DNA of 63,650 nt, filler included, from Octopus bimaculoides (lineage: Eukaryota), in assembly GCF_001194135.2 (NCBI RefSeq). It is 6 parts of 6 records of this genome, joined end to end, with 100 filler letters (N's around TTAATTAATTAA, not from the genome) between each part and the next. Parts side by side here need not be neighbours in the genome. Positions count along the whole stretch, not along the records: positions 55,428 to 62,249 come from NC_068992.1; positions 62,350 to 63,650 come from NC_069007.1; 4 more parts are not named here. The stretch is one strand, 5' to 3'. A model generated the notes under the pieces. The model saw only the letters and a program-made list of their open reading frames with translations. It searched no databases and was not told the origin of the DNA. Both the position numbers and the translations under genes were made by a program. Below are positions 61,701 to 63,650 of the stretch, one piece after another. Within the stretch, counting starts at the first letter, position 1. Every line of letters begins with the position of its first letter.

Positions 61701-62519
61701 GTAAGGTGATATGAATGGGGGTGATGGGAAGGAGTGAGGAGGGTGGGAAGGAGGAAATGAGGAGGGGTGAAGGGGAAGAGGGGGCAAATGAGGAGTGGAA
61801 GGGATAACGAGGAGGCAGAGGAAGAGGAGGAGGCAGAAGAAGAGGAGAGAGGAGGAGATCAAAACAGTGCCGTGTCACAACACACTGATATGTCACAATG
61901 CACCAGTGTGTCCCAAATTACTGATGCGCCACAAAGACTATCTACAGACACCACAGATTTTTTTTTTTTTTTAATATAGTTTAAAGCAATGGGTCTCAAC
62001 CTTTTTAATATCCAAGCCAAATCCTGGATTTTTTTCTAGTGGAGGTGGTCACACCAAATAAAGTAAAACACAAACCGATTAAAGAAAACTTTATATTTAT
62101 AGAGAGGGAAGACTGTTGAGGGTGGCCAGCCACATGCTACCTTGAGAGCTGCATTTGAAAACTGTAGGTTTAAAGCTTTAGAAAACCAACTGTTACCCTG
62201 AAAAACATCTTAATAATAACTGTATAAATAAAATTGTTATCCACGCCATNNNNNNNNNNNNNNNNNNNNNNNNNNNNNNNNNNNNNNNNNNNNTTAATTA
62301 ATTAANNNNNNNNNNNNNNNNNNNNNNNNNNNNNNNNNNNNNNNNNNNNAAGGTAAGCTGAAAGTCAGGATCTTTGATGTAAGGGGACAATAACTTGGAT
62401 GGAAGAAAATGTCACATTTGTTGGCGTGGAAGATCAGGGATGAGCCGAGAACTAAGCATCAAATTTAGTAGTGTAGTCCTAGATACACAATGCCAAAAAA
62501 TAATGATGGTCACAAGCAG

Positions 62520-62645
62520 AACTTTGGTCGGCCTGAGGCTATAGTAGAAGACACTTGCCTAAAGTGCCACGCAGTGGGAATGAACCTGGAACCATGTGGT
62601 TCGTAAGCTAGCTACTTACCACACAGCCACGCCTGCACCTATAAA
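62520..62645 (-). mobile_element. SINE family A head
   Basis: GGTCGGCCTGAGGCTATAGTAGAAGACACTTGCC..ACTTACCACACAGCCACGCCTGCACCTAT. Confidence 0.88.
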
Positions 62646-62839
62646 AGTTTTGTGAAACTTTCTGCATTCTCAGAAGCTTTCCTACTGCCCCCCTTTTTGC
62701 CATTATGAGGAATTGTATAAAGAAAAATATGTTGAAATATTTTGTGCATTGTAGACATAACTAATTTATTGCACATAAATTTTTATAGCAGAATCTTATA
62801 TGGATCCTCAACAACCATGTGGACCTTGGTTGAGAACCA

Positions 62840-63150
62840 TAGAGTCACAACAACAAGGGTTCCAGTTGGTCAAATGAACAGAACAGCCTGCTTGTGAAAT
62901 TAATGTGCAAGTGGCCGAGTACTCCACAGACATGTATACCCTTAATGTAGTTCTCAGGGAGATTTATTATGACACGGAATGTGACAAGGCTGGCCCCTTT
63001 TGAATTACAGGTACAACTCATTTTTGCCAGCTGAGTGGACTGGAGCAACATGAAATAAAGTGTCTTGCTCAAGGATACAATGCACCACCAGGAATTGAAC
63101 CCATAACCTTACAATCAGGAGCCAAACACCATAACCACTCAGCCACATGT
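62840..63150 (-). mobile_element. Another tRNA-derived SINE
   Basis: Minus strand A box TGGCTGAGTGG and B box GGTTCAATTCC; AAAGTGTCTTGCTCAAGG core-like block. Confidence 0.75.
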
Positions 63151-63329
63151 CTTCACAGATCTTGATGAATCATGTGTAAAAGATATCATAGAGTTAGAAG
63201 AACAACTTTGACCTTGGGCTAAACAACAATTTGGTAACACTGATATTCACACCAGTGATATTAATTGGATTAATTGATACTAATTGGATTTTATTTGGGG
63301 TATTTATTCAAGTTGCCTTCAAATACCAT

Positions 63330-63460
63330 CAACATCATTTCTTCTGGTTTTACATTCTAAGTTCAAATTCCACCATGCTTTTGGGGTCAATAAAACACGT
63401 ACAAGTTGAACACTGGGGTCGATGTAATCGACTAGCACCCTCCCTCCAAATTCCTGGCTG

Positions 63461-63491
<31 letters not shown>

Positions 63492-63650
63492 TGGGTGGCT
63501 GATTGGTAGCACTGTTAGACCATTGGGAAAATACCTTGCAGAGTTTGTTCCTGCACTTTATAATCTGAGATCAAATCCTGCTGAGGTCAGCTTTGCCTGT
63601 CATCATTCTGGGGTTGATAAAACATGATACTAATCACAAGCTGGGATCAA
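63330..63650 (+). mobile_element. Two SINE family B fragments separated by (ATT)n
   Basis: GGGGTCAATAAAAC..GAACACTGGGGTCGATGTAATCGAC..(ATT)n, then a second head TCTGAGATCAAATCCTGCTGAGGTCAGCTTTGCC. Confidence 0.7.

Overview
AT-rich, microsatellite-dense, gapped eukaryotic genomic DNA. The SINE/LINE families and repeat landscape look like an octopus (cephalopod) draft assembly; this is inference, not a search result. Most of the window is transposable-element debris: several tRNA-derived SINE families, RTE, CR1, Tx1/L1 and R4/Dong-like LINEs, Penelope-like elements (PLEs), a short Gypsy-type LTR element, and DD34D, DD37D and DD41D Tc1/mariner elements. Two host genes are visible, neither shown properly by the ORF track. 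(1) A plus-strand first coding exon (11381-11483) aligns by eye to peropsin/tetraopsin exon 1, including intron position; no exon 2 is visible. (2) A minus-strand multi-exon gene (59247-59317, 56571-56766, probably 48847-48961) encodes a BEN-domain-like protein and carries a tandemly duplicated, diverged exon (58960-59035). Notable non-coding structures: minimal hammerhead-ribozyme motifs tied to PLE pseudo-LTRs (one with an intact core), an inverted/permuted PLE junction, a ~470-bp compound minisatellite of STAT/kappaB-like palindromes, and a PHD finger inserted inside an RTE reverse transcriptase. Mobile-element and repeat boundaries are approximate unless defined by TIRs, LTRs or TSDs.
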